Origin: Bacteroidales bacterium
GTDB taxonomy: Bacteria; Bacteroidota; Bacteroidia; Bacteroidales; VadinHA17
Direction: 5' to 3'
Length of the DNA stretch: 64,000 nucleotides
Assembly: GCA_029932855.1 (NCBI GenBank)
Contig: JAOZPG010000014.1
Span: 477-64,476 of the forward strand
Part shown: positions 7,452-18,351 of the stretch, one piece after another
How positions within the stretch are numbered: position 1 is the stretch's first letter
Layout: every line of letters begins with the position of its first letter
Translations under genes and position numbers: made by a program
The notes under the pieces: model-generated
Database searches by the model: none
What the model was told of the DNA's origin: nothing
Seen by the model: only the letters and a program-made list of their open reading frames with translations

Positions 7452-9842
7452 ATGAAAAATCTGGTTTTATTTTCAATCATATTGATTTTACCAGTCTGCT
7501 CTTCATTCTGCCAGGAGATTACCGGTAACATATCGGGTATTGTACTTGATAATGTAAGCAATGAGCCCCTGCCTTATGCTAATGTAATCTTAACAAATAT
7601 CGATCCTCCGGCAGGAGTCATGTCAGATAAAGACGGAAGGTTTTTGATAAAAAATATTCCTGTCGGGACCCTGAGCATCAGGATTTCTTTCATGGGCTAC
7701 CAGACACATGATATCAATAACCTTTCATTAAAGCCGGGTAAAGATCTGCAGCTTAAAATATACCTGGAAGAAAAGATATATAAAGCTGATGAGGTTACTA
7801 TAAAGGGCCATATCGATAAAACGAAAACCCGAAATACCATGACATCGGTAAGTTCAAGGGGATTCACAATTGAAGAAACAAAGAGATATGCAGGAAGCCT
7901 GAATGATATTGCAAGAATGGCTTCGGGATTTGCAGGAGTGCAGGTTGAATCGGATGGACGAAATGATATAATAATAAGGGCTAACTCACCCTCGGGGCTT
8001 TTATGGAGACTTGAGGGGGTGGATATTCCAAATCCAAATCATTTCGGGGCTTTTGGCAGTACCGGGGGACCAATAAGCTTACTTAACAATAATCAACTTG
8101 ACAATTCTGATTTCCTTACCGGAGCCTTCCCTGCCGAATACGGAAATGCAGTATCCGGTGTTTTTGATCTTTCTATGAGAAGTGGCAATACAAACAATTA
8201 CGAATTTATGGGGCAGCTGGGCTTCAATGGTTTTGAACTGGGTGCCGAAGGACCCCTGACCAGGAAAAAAGCTTCCTCCTTTATGCTAAACTACCGACTC
8301 TCAACACTTGAACTATTCAAAATTCTTGGAGTAGATTTCGGCACAGGTGTAGCTGTACCAAAATACCAGGACTTTACATTTAAAATCAATCTGCCTTCAG
8401 GCAAGGCAGGAAAATTCTCTTTCTTCGGGATTGGCGGTAAAAGTCAGGTAGATCTCAAACATGATGATTTTGACTCTACCCGGCAAAACACTTATTTCGG
8501 ACAGGGCTATAATGTTATTAACCGGACAAACCAGATAGTTTTGGGGATGACTCATATATATAGGATAAATGAAACAAGCTATACCCGGCTTAACCTGGCA
8601 TATACCTTTCATGATTTCGTAACTGAAACAGACTCGGTTGACCAGGCTAATAATATACTTATACCCGACTACAGGAATATTTTCAGGGAGAATAAAATTC
8701 ATGCTTCCTTTTTTTATAAAAAGAAACTGGGCCCGAAAGCCAATTTTAAAACAGGACTTTCAACAAATATATATTTCCATTATTTTATCGATAGTGTTTA
8801 TAATAAAAACTTTAATCAGTTTACTACTTTGACCGATTACCGTGGAACATCATCACTCATACAACCATACATTTCCTGGCAGATTAAGCCCTCTGAAGAT
8901 TTCACATTTAACCTGGGACTGCATTACCAGTTTTATACTTACAATTCAACTTCAAGCCTTGAACCCAGGCTGGGTGCTATCTGGCATTTTGCTGAAAGAA
9001 GCAGCCTTAACCTGGGATATGGCTTACACAGCCAGGTACTACCCATTACAATTTATAATAAAGAAACCTATCTAAACCCCGGTTATAACAATTATAATGA
9101 AAAACTTGAAATGCTTAAGAGCCACCACATTGTTCTATCCTACAACCATAGCTTCAATGACTTCCTCAGACTAAAAACGGAATTGTATTACCAGTACATT
9201 TTCAATGCAGCAATTGATGCCGGATCAAAAAACTCTTACTCCATATTGAATCAAGGTGCAAATTTTTATATTCCTGCCCCCGATTCATTAAAAAGTGCCG
9301 GTACGGGAAATAATTACGGGCTTGAACTTACCATGGAACATTTTCTTAATAAGGGAATGTATTTCCTTGCCACCTTTTCTTTATTTGATTCAAAATATAA
9401 AGGCAGCAATGGTATTTACAGGAATACTGCATTTAACGGTAATTACATTGCTAACCTCTTATTTGGAAAAGAATTTGAGATATTCTCCTCCACAAAGGGA
9501 AAAACCAAAAAATATTATCCCGGCTTCGATATTAAGCTTAACTACAGGGGAGGGCAACGTCATTCGCCTATAGATACTACCTGTTCTCAAAATCACGGCC
9601 TGCCTGTTTATATTGACAGTGAGGCATTCAGCCTGCAATATCCCGATTATTTCAGGATTGATCTTAAATTATCTGTTAAAATCTTTGTCCGCCAATCAAA
9701 CATGGAGTTCCTGCTTGATGTTCAAAACCTGTTCAACAGGAAAAATATTTATAATGAATCTTATGATCGTGAAAAGAATGAAATTTACTATAATTACCAG
9801 ATAGGAAGACTTATAATTCCTCAGTTTAAAATTGAATTTTAA
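7452..9842 (+). CDS. TonB-dependent outer-membrane receptor with N-terminal carboxypeptidase-regulatory-like domain
   Basis: 796 aa with a signal peptide. CarbopepD_reg-like block (ISGIVLDNVSNEPLPYANVILT...DGRFLIKNIPVGTLSIRISFMGY), then a plug-like region (NDIARMASGFAGV...RANSP...LWRLEGVDIPNPNHF), a long beta-rich barrel, and a terminal aromatic residue (...PQFKIEF). No SusD-like partner is adjacent. Confidence 0.85.
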   Translation: MKNLVLFSIILILPVCSSFCQEITGNISGIVLDNVSNEPLPYANVILTNIDPPAGVMSDKDGRFLIKNIPVGTLSIRISFMGYQTHDINNLSLKPGKDLQLKIYLEEKIYKADEVTIKGHIDKTKTRNTMTSVSSRGFTIEETKRYAGSLNDIARMASGFAGVQVESDGRNDIIIRANSPSGLLWRLEGVDIPNPNHFGAFGSTGGPISLLNNNQLDNSDFLTGAFPAEYGNAVSGVFDLSMRSGNTNNYEFMGQLGFNGFELGAEGPLTRKKASSFMLNYRLSTLELFKILGVDFGTGVAVPKYQDFTFKINLPSGKAGKFSFFGIGGKSQVDLKHDDFDSTRQNTYFGQGYNVINRTNQIVLGMTHIYRINETSYTRLNLAYTFHDFVTETDSVDQANNILIPDYRNIFRENKIHASFFYKKKLGPKANFKTGLSTNIYFHYFIDSVYNKNFNQFTTLTDYRGTSSLIQPYISWQIKPSEDFTFNLGLHYQFYTYNSTSSLEPRLGAIWHFAERSSLNLGYGLHSQVLPITIYNKETYLNPGYNNYNEKLEMLKSHHIVLSYNHSFNDFLRLKTELYYQYIFNAAIDAGSKNSYSILNQGANFYIPAPDSLKSAGTGNNYGLELTMEHFLNKGMYFLATFSLFDSKYKGSNGIYRNTAFNGNYIANLLFGKEFEIFSSTKGKTKKYYPGFDIKLNYRGGQRHSPIDTTCSQNHGLPVYIDSEAFSLQYPDYFRIDLKLSVKIFVRQSNMEFLLDVQNLFNRKNIYNESYDREKNEIYYNYQIGRLIIPQFKIEF

Positions 9843-9883
9843 CTTGCATACTTTAATTTACTGTTAAACAAAAAAAACAAATA

Positions 9884-11302
9884 ATGAATACCAGGACAAA
9901 GATCATGGCTACAATCGGGCCGGCCTGTAACAATAGCAAGACCCTTGAAAAAATGATAATAAAAGGAGTAAACCTGTTCAGGCTGAACTTCTCACATGGT
10001 ACACATGAGCTACATCTTGATTCGATAAATATGATAAGGGCACTCAACCAGAAACTAGGCACCAATATTGCTATTCTTGCTGACCTGCAGGGACCAAAGC
10101 TAAGAGTCGGTGAAGTTGAAAACAATGCTGTTGAACTGGTAAACGGCGAATTACTGGATATAGTCACCACCAGTTGCCTGGGCACTAAAGAAAAAGTTTC
10201 AGTCAGTTATCCTGAACTCCCTAAGGATGTAAAACCGGGTGCCAGGATACTTATAGACGATGGCAAGATACAACTTGAAGTGCTGGATTCTAATAAAAAA
10301 GACAGGGTAAAAACCCGGGTATTGAATGGCGGAGTACTATCCTCCAGGAAAGGCGTTAACCTGCCAAACACAAAAATATCACAGCCAAGTCTCACTGCCA
10401 AGGATAAAGCCGATGCTGATTTTGCTTTAAAGCATGAAGTTGACTGGATAGCTCTTTCTTTTGTAAGGGAGGCTACAGATATTGCTGACCTGCGCGATAT
10501 AATCAGAAAGAATAAGAAAAGTACAAAGGTAATTGCCAAGATTGAAAAACCCGAAGCCATTGAGGATATAGACAATATAATAGATGTTTCTCATGGGATA
10601 ATGGTTGCAAGGGGAGACCTGGGCGTAGAGATGTCTTTCCATAAACTACCAATGATACAAAAAGACATAATTATAAAATGTAGCGAGCAGGCAAAACCTG
10701 TGATCATTGCCACACAAATGATGGAAAGCATGATAGATAACTTCAGGCCCACACGTGCTGAAGCAAGCGATGTGGCAAACTCAGTTCTTGACGGGGCCGA
10801 CTGCCTAATGCTGAGTGGAGAAACATCTGTTGGCAAATATCCCGTTGATGTCATTAATAATATGAAGGAAATAATCCATTCAACAGAATCAAGGGGGCTG
10901 CAACATATTAAGGAACACTTTCCAACAATTATCAACAGGCAATATATGCCCGATACCATTAATTACAATGCCTGCGAGATGGCTGAGAAAGGAAATGCAA
11001 ATGCATTGGCAGGCTTTACCCACTCAGGTTATACTGCTTTCCGCCTGGCCAGCCACAGGCCCAGTGCAAATATATTTGCATTTACAAATAATAAAAAAAT
11101 CCTTAACAGCCTTTCAATATTATGGGGAGTAAAGCAGTTTTATATTAATGAATATACAGATATAAACGAAGCCATAGCAGAATCAATAAATATCTTAAAA
11201 AAGAAAAAACTCATAAATGATGACGAGGTGATAATACATGTAGGAAGCATACCACTGAACCTGAAGGGACAGACTAATATGATGAAAATTACTTATGTTT
11301 AG
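9884..11302 (+). CDS. pyk: pyruvate kinase
   Basis: 472 aa. Motifs: KIMATIGPA, RLNFSHG, DLQGPKLR, KIEKPEA, MVARGDLGVE, ATQMMESM. Confidence 0.95.
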   Translation: MNTRTKIMATIGPACNNSKTLEKMIIKGVNLFRLNFSHGTHELHLDSINMIRALNQKLGTNIAILADLQGPKLRVGEVENNAVELVNGELLDIVTTSCLGTKEKVSVSYPELPKDVKPGARILIDDGKIQLEVLDSNKKDRVKTRVLNGGVLSSRKGVNLPNTKISQPSLTAKDKADADFALKHEVDWIALSFVREATDIADLRDIIRKNKKSTKVIAKIEKPEAIEDIDNIIDVSHGIMVARGDLGVEMSFHKLPMIQKDIIIKCSEQAKPVIIATQMMESMIDNFRPTRAEASDVANSVLDGADCLMLSGETSVGKYPVDVINNMKEIIHSTESRGLQHIKEHFPTIINRQYMPDTINYNACEMAEKGNANALAGFTHSGYTAFRLASHRPSANIFAFTNNKKILNSLSILWGVKQFYINEYTDINEAIAESINILKKKKLINDDEVIIHVGSIPLNLKGQTNMMKITYV

Positions 11303-13668
11303 AAAGGGTATCCTATGGCCAGGTGAAAAGTCATCTGTGAGAGATTGTAACCGGGATTAGCCACCACCCACCTGCTACCTTCCTGTATCTGGGGATCTCT
11401 CATCTTAAAGCCGAAATCAAGCCGGAATAAAAAGAAAGAAAAGTCAAACCTTGTTCCTACTCCCGATCCCACAGCCATATCAGAAACAAAGCTTCCAAAC
11501 TGGAACCTGGCCCCGGGCCTGGTATCTGCTTTATTTATGGCCCAGATATTACCGGCATCAATAAATAATGCTCCTTCCAGAACCCATATTATCTTGAACC
11601 TGTACTCCAGGTTGAAGTTTATCTTCATATCGGCCATCTGGTTATAAAATGTCGTGCTCTCGGGCACATGTGATCCGGGTCCCAGCGACCTTACAGGCCA
11701 TGCCCTGATATCATTAGCTCCACCTGTATAATATTGCTTCTCAAAAGGCAGAGCCCTGGAGTTCCCATAAGGCAGGCCCGCCCCGAAAAATGCCCTGTAA
11801 ACAATTGAGTTTGCCTCATTGATATATGTATTATATATCATGTCTATATCTCCTTTCACAAACTGCGAATATTCAATACCGAATACTTCATTCCCAGTAC
11901 CCGGGACACTCTCAGAGAATGTATTATCCAATAATGAAACAAGGTTCCCTGCAGTTGATAAATTAAGCCTGAAATAATAATAATTCCTGTCCTTTCTCAT
12001 CTTCCTGTTTGTGTATATGAAGCTATAAGAAAGTCCGGCAATAAAAGTGTTCTTATAACTATATGCCAGGTATGAGGTGGTATCAATATGCCTGATAAAA
12101 GAACTGTCGATATATGGCAACTTGATGACATTCATGTCTATCGGGGTTACTATATGCGAAACATACTTGTTCCCCAACCAGTTGTATCCAAACCCGGAAA
12201 CAAACATAGTCCTTTCATATTCAGGTCTGCTCTGGTAATTATAAGCATTGAACAAGTTTGTTTTGGGATTGTATTTCTTAACAAAATCTTCTTTCTTCAG
12301 AAAAGGAAATAGAAACCTGGGAAATACTATCTGGGCTTCTGCTCCATACTCCTGCATGCTTCCAAATCCTTTTGTTTCCTTGGGTAATGCCTCATAAGAT
12401 GTATTCAGCTTTAAATTCAGAACTTCCGCCCTCTTAAACAGGTTCCTGTGCTGATAAAGCAAATTCAGCGATGCCCCCAGGTTACCCGATGAGTTGGTTC
12501 CTTCAACCTCAATTGAATATGACTGCAATTTGTTGGGAACGATCTGCACACTGCAATCAAGTGTACCCGTAGAAGTGTCGGCAGGATGCAGATTGTCCAC
12601 CTGGGTAAACAATACGTCCACATGCCTTATAACAGTAAGACCCGACAAATGCATCCTGGTTTGTTCAACATTGGTCTGGTTATAAAAATCTTTAGTATAT
12701 ATGTAATTCGCCTCCAGAATAACATCATAATGCAGGTTTGTCTTTTTTCCAGACTGTATAAAATAAAAACCTTTATAAGGTATAGTATCCAGCATACGAT
12801 AATAATTATTAGGATCCTTTAAGGCTTCTGCAGGGTCATAATCAATAAAAAAGTAAATCTTGCCTATCCTGAACTTGCGAAAAGAAACTTCAACAATCTG
12901 GTTATTTGCCAGGCGTACTTCTTTTGCCCTTACATGAACTGTAAAATCAATTATACCTTTCTGTTTTGAACTATCAGCTTCAAAAAGAATATAATCCTTA
13001 CGAAACCAGTAAAACCCTTCATTCTTTAACAGATGTTCTATTCTGCCTCTTTCATTATCAACCTTAACCAGTTCATAAAGTTCTCCTGTCACAAGCTCTG
13101 ATTTCGCGCTGTCTCTTAAAACATATGGCCTGATAATCTCATCATCAATCATAAACTTCACCTTTCCGATTCTATATGGCCTGTTCATCTCAATATCATA
13201 TTCAGCAACTGCTTTCTTCCCTGAATAGATTACCGTATCATGTATATCTGCATCGAAATAACCTTTTGTATCAAGGTATGATTTCAACTGGTTAACAGAC
13301 CTGGCACTTTCCGGTTTCCTGAAAATCACAGGTGGTTCACCCACCTTCCTGAGCCAGTTATGAATACCCTCGTCTTTTTCAATATCAGATAAGTTGTATA
13401 GCCCCAGCTGAAGCCTGATGCCAAGGATCCTGTTATTTGGTTGCTGCTGAAGGCTTACTTTAAGTTCCTTCTTCTCAATCTTTTTCTTTTCACTGGTAAC
13501 CAGTTTGTTTTTCGAAAGTAAGTATTCATTATCAGGAACATACCTGGTAGGCTTACATGCTGAAAATATCAATAGTGATATAATGAGAAGGCCCGGGATT
13601 CTTTTTAAAGAATTTTTATTTATGATTAATATGTTCAAATTTGTAAGGAATTTTATGCTCCCGAACAA
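11299..13668 (-). CDS. BamA/TamA-family outer-membrane protein, lipoprotein variant (TamL-like)
   Basis: 789 aa. Signal peptide with a lipobox (LLIISLLIFSAC), POTRA-like N-terminal part and an Omp85-type C-terminal barrel ending ...FHLAIGYPF. Its stop codon overlaps the convergent pyk stop (TTAG at 11299-11302). Confidence 0.75.
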   Translation of the reverse strand: MFGSIKFLTNLNILIINKNSLKRIPGLLIISLLIFSACKPTRYVPDNEYLLSKNKLVTSEKKKIEKKELKVSLQQQPNNRILGIRLQLGLYNLSDIEKDEGIHNWLRKVGEPPVIFRKPESARSVNQLKSYLDTKGYFDADIHDTVIYSGKKAVAEYDIEMNRPYRIGKVKFMIDDEIIRPYVLRDSAKSELVTGELYELVKVDNERGRIEHLLKNEGFYWFRKDYILFEADSSKQKGIIDFTVHVRAKEVRLANNQIVEVSFRKFRIGKIYFFIDYDPAEALKDPNNYYRMLDTIPYKGFYFIQSGKKTNLHYDVILEANYIYTKDFYNQTNVEQTRMHLSGLTVIRHVDVLFTQVDNLHPADTSTGTLDCSVQIVPNKLQSYSIEVEGTNSSGNLGASLNLLYQHRNLFKRAEVLNLKLNTSYEALPKETKGFGSMQEYGAEAQIVFPRFLFPFLKKEDFVKKYNPKTNLFNAYNYQSRPEYERTMFVSGFGYNWLGNKYVSHIVTPIDMNVIKLPYIDSSFIRHIDTTSYLAYSYKNTFIAGLSYSFIYTNRKMRKDRNYYYFRLNLSTAGNLVSLLDNTFSESVPGTGNEVFGIEYSQFVKGDIDMIYNTYINEANSIVYRAFFGAGLPYGNSRALPFEKQYYTGGANDIRAWPVRSLGPGSHVPESTTFYNQMADMKINFNLEYRFKIIWVLEGALFIDAGNIWAINKADTRPGARFQFGSFVSDMAVGSGVGTRFDFSFFLFRLDFGFKMRDPQIQEGSRWVVANPGYNLSQMTFHLAIGYPF

Positions 13669-13685
13669 AGATAAAAATATTTAAC

Positions 13686-14465
13686 ATGCTCAGTAAGACA
13701 AAGCTTAAATATCTGAACTCCCTGAAAATTAAGAAAAATCGTATCTCGGCATCCTGTTTCCTTGCTGAAGGAGATAAGATAGTAAGAGACATACTTCATT
13801 CCGGATGGACGATCACAGAACTTTTTGCCAGTAAAGAATGGCTTGAGAAACAAACTGGTAAAGAACTTGCCGGGCTTGAGAAAATTCACGAGACTGATCA
13901 GGGGGAAATAAAAAAGATCAGCAGCCTGAAGACGCCCCAAAATGTTCTGGCTGTTGTAAAGATGCCGGAAGCAGAGTCCGTGCCGGAGCCACCGCATGAC
14001 CAGCTGTGCCTGGCACTGGAAAGGATACAGGACCCGGGTAACCTGGGAACCATAATACGGACTGCCGCCTGGTTTGGCATAGAATATATTTTCTGTTCCC
14101 CCGACAGTGTTGATGTATTTAACCCCAAAGTAATACAGTCAACAATGAGCGCAATACTTAATGTAAAGATTATTTACACCGGACTCTCTGAGCTGGCTGA
14201 ACTCTTTATTCAAAACTCATTGCATGTATATGGTACATTCCCGCGGGGTAATAATATTTATAAAGAAGACCTGGCTTCAGCCGGACTGGTATTAATGGGA
14301 AATGAATCTGCAGGAATTTCTTCCGGGCTTGCAAAAAAAGTCACTCACAGGCTATCCATACCTGCATACTCCGAAAAGCAGGAGCTGCAGATAGACTCCC
14401 TGAACCTGGCTTCGGCAACAGCTATTATATGCTCGGAATTTAAAAGAAGATCAGCGGACAGCTAA
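13686..14465 (+). CDS. TrmH/SpoU-family RNA 2'-O-methyltransferase
   Basis: 259 aa with a SpoU_sub_bind-like N-terminus. SPOUT motifs: LALERIQDPGNLGTIIRTAAWFG, LVLMGNESAGIS, IPAYSEKQELQIDSLNLASATAI. Confidence 0.8.
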   Translation: MLSKTKLKYLNSLKIKKNRISASCFLAEGDKIVRDILHSGWTITELFASKEWLEKQTGKELAGLEKIHETDQGEIKKISSLKTPQNVLAVVKMPEAESVPEPPHDQLCLALERIQDPGNLGTIIRTAAWFGIEYIFCSPDSVDVFNPKVIQSTMSAILNVKIIYTGLSELAELFIQNSLHVYGTFPRGNNIYKEDLASAGLVLMGNESAGISSGLAKKVTHRLSIPAYSEKQELQIDSLNLASATAIICSEFKRRSADS

Positions 14466-14493
14466 AAAGGATACAGGCAATAACCTTACAGGG

Positions 14494-15204
14494 CTATTCA
14501 AAATGGAATGACAATATCCACATCCTGGATTTTAGCTTATCAACACTTGTTACATAATATTCATAACCGGGCACCGGATCATCCTGCAGTAAGTTTCTGA
14601 AACCAATGGCGTACTTTATTTCGACTGACAGCTTAAAATAATACAAAAAGAAGTCTATGCCGAAACCCAGTTCCGTATAGAGATCAGACCTCTTTAGCCT
14701 CAGGTAGTTCTCCTTTTCGATATCGTAATCTTTCTTGGCAGCCAGGTCGAGCCTGTAATCAAGTCCCGCCACAAGGTAAGGCCTGAAATTGTTTACCCTG
14801 TCCGACCTGTATTTAATAAGAAGAGGAAATTCCAGGAATGAGGACTCTATCTGCTGACCCTTTCCAATCTTTTCTTCGCTATTCCTGTTATAATAATCAA
14901 TGGTCCTCTGTCCGAAACTGATCCCCGGTAAAAAGCGAAGGTTCATATACCTGTTAAGACGCAGGCTGGACACTATATTAATATTAAATCCCGGGTGCAA
15001 CAAAGTTACATTCGGCACCGGTATTGAATCCACATTCCATGCCTTCTCTGAGGGATAAAGGCCAAAATCCATGGTGTTAAGTCCCACGGTAAACCCAAAA
15101 TGAAGGGTCTTCTTATCATACACCGAGTTATTCTGAACTTTCTTCTTCTGCGCAAAGCCCAGCAGGGGTAAAAATAAAAATATTATAATCAGTATCTTTT
15201 TCAA
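14494..15204 (-). CDS. small outer-membrane beta-barrel protein, PorT-family-like
   Basis: 236 aa with a signal peptide (MKKILIIIFLFLPLLGFAQ), alternating beta-strand pattern and C-terminal ...ILSFHFE. Its position immediately downstream of ubiE is, as I recall, typical for PorT-family genes in Bacteroidota. The family call is tentative. Confidence 0.5.
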   Translation of the reverse strand: MKKILIIIFLFLPLLGFAQKKKVQNNSVYDKKTLHFGFTVGLNTMDFGLYPSEKAWNVDSIPVPNVTLLHPGFNINIVSSLRLNRYMNLRFLPGISFGQRTIDYYNRNSEEKIGKGQQIESSFLEFPLLIKYRSDRVNNFRPYLVAGLDYRLDLAAKKDYDIEKENYLRLKRSDLYTELGFGIDFFLYYFKLSVEIKYAIGFRNLLQDDPVPGYEYYVTSVDKLKSRMWILSFHFE

Positions 15205-15231
15205 AATATTTACTCTAACACTAAATTAAAA

Positions 15232-15990
15232 CTATGAATCGGAAAAATTATTGTTATTTTCTTTCAGGCCTGTGTAAATACTGGCCACACCGAAGCTCAG
15301 TCTCCTGAATGAGAGTTCGGTAAAGCCTGCATTTCCCAGCTTGCATATAAAGTCATCACCTTCAGGAAATGCATCAACCGATTCAGGAAGATAAGTATAG
15401 GCTCTGGAATCACCCGATATCATTTTTCCCAGCCAGGGCAAAATATTAAAAAAGTAAAAGTTAAAGATCTGTTTAAAAGGAAATCTCGCCGGCCTCGAAA
15501 ATTCAAGAATAACAAAAGCTCCTCCTGTCTTAAGCACCCTGAACATTTCATTTATTCCCTGCTCCAGGTTTTCAAAATTCCTCACACCAAAAGCTACCGT
15601 CAGGGCATCAAAACTATTATCATCAAAAGGCATATCTTCAGAATCGGCCTGTTTAAGTTCTATCCTGTCAAGCAGCTTCTTCTTTTTTAATTTCTCCCTG
15701 CCCTTCTCCAGCATGCCTGCGGAAATATCAATTCCAACAAGCTGTTCAGGCCTGAGCCTTAATAATGCAATGGCCAGGTCACAGGTGCCGGTGGCCACAT
15801 CAAGTATTGTCTTTGGCTTAAATGGCTTTAAGCTATTCACTGCCTTCCTTCTCCACAGCTTGTCAATGCCAAGTGATAAGAAATGATTAAGAAAATCATA
15901 GCGACATGCTATCTGGTCGAACATTTCTTCGACCTGGACCTTTTTTGTCGTTCCGGATTTCTTATCGGGCATTAGCTCTGACATATCCAC
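15232..15990 (-). CDS. ubiE: demethylmenaquinone / ubiquinone C-methyltransferase
   Basis: 252 aa. Motifs: FDQIACRYDFLNHFLSLGIDKLWRR, SAM motif ILDVATGTCDL, FGVRNF. Confidence 0.9.
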   Translation of the reverse strand: MDMSELMPDKKSGTTKKVQVEEMFDQIACRYDFLNHFLSLGIDKLWRRKAVNSLKPFKPKTILDVATGTCDLAIALLRLRPEQLVGIDISAGMLEKGREKLKKKKLLDRIELKQADSEDMPFDDNSFDALTVAFGVRNFENLEQGINEMFRVLKTGGAFVILEFSRPARFPFKQIFNFYFFNILPWLGKMISGDSRAYTYLPESVDAFPEGDDFICKLGNAGFTELSFRRLSFGVASIYTGLKENNNNFSDS

Positions 15991-15992
15991 AC

Positions 15993-18224
15993 TTATTCTT
16001 TCAATTGTGATTCAAGACTTTCCATGTAGGCTTTCTTCATATCACAGACAAAACCATAGGACATATCATCAATCCTCATTTCGCCTCTTGTCACATGACC
16101 AAGAGCAGAAAAGGGAACATCCTGCTTAAGCATATAATCTATAAACTCGGTCTCCCGTGTAGGAGAAACGGTCACCACAACCCTTCCCTGTGCTTCACCA
16201 AAAAGGAATGCATCCCTCCTGACCTCAGCATCAGATGTAATATCGAAACCCAGGCATTTTGGTATTCCACATTCAAACAAAGAAATAAACAAACCACCTT
16301 CCGAAATATCATGAGCCGACCGTACCAGGCTGTAGCTAATAAGCTCGCGAAGAACTGTCTGCATTCTGAATTCTTCTTCCAGGTTAAAATAGGGGACCGG
16401 TGATTTCTCAATGCCATGCCAGGAAACGAGGTATTGGGATGATGAAATATCATTCCTGGACTTACCTATAAGATATATCATGCTTCCCTTGCCCTTAAAT
16501 GCCATACTCATCTGGTTGTTTTTCTCCTTAACCACACCCAGCATACCTATAGTAGGTGTAGGATAAACCGGAACAACCTCATTGCCTATGGATGTCTGGT
16601 TATAGAAACTAACATTGCCTCCTGTTACAGGAGTACCAAACTTCTTACATGCTTTGCTCATTCCTTTTATAGCACCTACAAACTGCCAGTAAACCTCGGG
16701 GTTGTAAGGATTGCCAAAATTCAGACAGTTAGTTATGGCCAGGGGATCAGCCCCCGAACAGGTTATATTCCTGGCTGCCTCAGATACAGCAATCTGTGTT
16801 CCTATATCGGGATCTGCATATACATACCTTGAGTTACAATCAACGGTCAGGGCCAGGGCACTGCGGCTTCCTTTAATATTTACAAGGCCTGCATCACAAG
16901 GAAAATTGGTAGTCATATTACGGGTACCAACCATTGTATCGTATTGCTCATATACCCATCTCTTACTGGCAATATTAGCATTTGATGCCAGGCTCCATGC
17001 AACATCCCTGAGACTGGCCGGTTCATCAACCGATTCAATATTAAACTCCTTCAACTGCTTATAATAGGCTGGCTCCTTATATTCCCTGTCATATACGGGA
17101 GCACCGCCACCCAGTACCAGTGTTGAGGCAGGAACATCGGCATAAAGTTCCCCTTTCATATAAAAGAGCAACCTGTCTTCTTCAATAACCTCTCCAATGA
17201 TCACACAATTCAGATCCCACTTATCAAATACTGCTTCCACCTCTTTTTCCATCCCTTTCTTTGCAACAACAAGCATGCGCTCCTGTGATTCAGACAGCAA
17301 TATCTCCCATGGCTCCATATTAGCCTGCCTCAGTGGCACCTTATCAAGGTCTATCTTCATTCCGCAGCCACCCTTTTCCGACATCTCAGATGTACTGCAT
17401 ATTATTCCCGCTGCACCCATATCCTGCATACCTATAATTGTATCTGTCTTATTCAGATCAAGGCTGGCCTCCAGCAGAAGTTTTTCCTGGAAGGGGTCTC
17501 CTACCTGTACCGAGGGCAGGTCCTCGGCAGAGTTTTCGGTTATATCAGCTGAGGCAAATGTTGCCCCGTGAATACCATCCTTGCCTGTTCTTGAGCCTAC
17601 TATAAATACCGGGTTGCCTTTCCCTTTGGCAATTGCCGATATCATTTCATCTTTTTTCATCAAACCAACCGACATTGCATTTACCAGCGGGTTAGTATTA
17701 TAACAATCATTAAAGTAAACTTCTCCTCCCACTACAGGCACACCAAATGAGTTACCATAATCACCTATGCCTTTTACCACTCCCTTTACGTGCCATTTCG
17801 TCCTTTCCTCCTTCAGGGTGCCAAACCTCAGGGAATTCAATTGTGCCACAGGCCTTGCCCCCATTGTAAAAATATCCCTGTTTATTCCGCCAACACCTGT
17901 TGCTGCACCCTGGTAGGGCTCAACAGCACATGGATGATTATGCGACTCTATCTTGAAAACACATGCCAGTCCGCTTCCAACATCAACCATGCCGGCATTC
18001 TCCTCACCTGCTGCAGCCAGTATCTGTTCTCCTTCACGTGGCAGGGTCTTCAGCCATTTGATAGAATTCTTGTATGAAGCATGCTCCGACCACATCACCG
18101 AATATATACTCAGCTCGGTAAAATTTGGTTCCCGGCCAAGTATTTTCTTTATCATCTCAAATTCCTCAGCATTAATACCAAGGCTTTCGGCAGTCTTTAT
18201 ATCTACGTTAGTTTGTGTTATCAT
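15993..18224 (-). CDS. purL: phosphoribosylformylglycinamidine synthase subunit PurL (FGAM synthase II)
   Basis: The track ORF runs to 18299, but the conserved N-terminus starts at ATG 18224 (MITQTNVDIKTAESLGINAEEFEMIKKILGREPNFTELSIYSVMWSEHASYKNS). ESHNHPCAVEPYQGAATGVGG is also present. Confidence 0.93.
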   Translation of the reverse strand: MITQTNVDIKTAESLGINAEEFEMIKKILGREPNFTELSIYSVMWSEHASYKNSIKWLKTLPREGEQILAAAGEENAGMVDVGSGLACVFKIESHNHPCAVEPYQGAATGVGGINRDIFTMGARPVAQLNSLRFGTLKEERTKWHVKGVVKGIGDYGNSFGVPVVGGEVYFNDCYNTNPLVNAMSVGLMKKDEMISAIAKGKGNPVFIVGSRTGKDGIHGATFASADITENSAEDLPSVQVGDPFQEKLLLEASLDLNKTDTIIGMQDMGAAGIICSTSEMSEKGGCGMKIDLDKVPLRQANMEPWEILLSESQERMLVVAKKGMEKEVEAVFDKWDLNCVIIGEVIEEDRLLFYMKGELYADVPASTLVLGGGAPVYDREYKEPAYYKQLKEFNIESVDEPASLRDVAWSLASNANIASKRWVYEQYDTMVGTRNMTTNFPCDAGLVNIKGSRSALALTVDCNSRYVYADPDIGTQIAVSEAARNITCSGADPLAITNCLNFGNPYNPEVYWQFVGAIKGMSKACKKFGTPVTGGNVSFYNQTSIGNEVVPVYPTPTIGMLGVVKEKNNQMSMAFKGKGSMIYLIGKSRNDISSSQYLVSWHGIEKSPVPYFNLEEEFRMQTVLRELISYSLVRSAHDISEGGLFISLFECGIPKCLGFDITSDAEVRRDAFLFGEAQGRVVVTVSPTRETEFIDYMLKQDVPFSALGHVTRGEMRIDDMSYGFVCDMKKAYMESLESQLKE

Positions 18225-18351
18225 AAAAAGTAATTTCTGTTCGGGAACTGAAACAAAGATAATCAAGATTCTGAATTCCTGATTAAATTTAAAGAGCATA
18301 TCTTCCTGTTTTTTTATACTTTTGAAGCATTATCAACAGCTTAAAGCAAGC

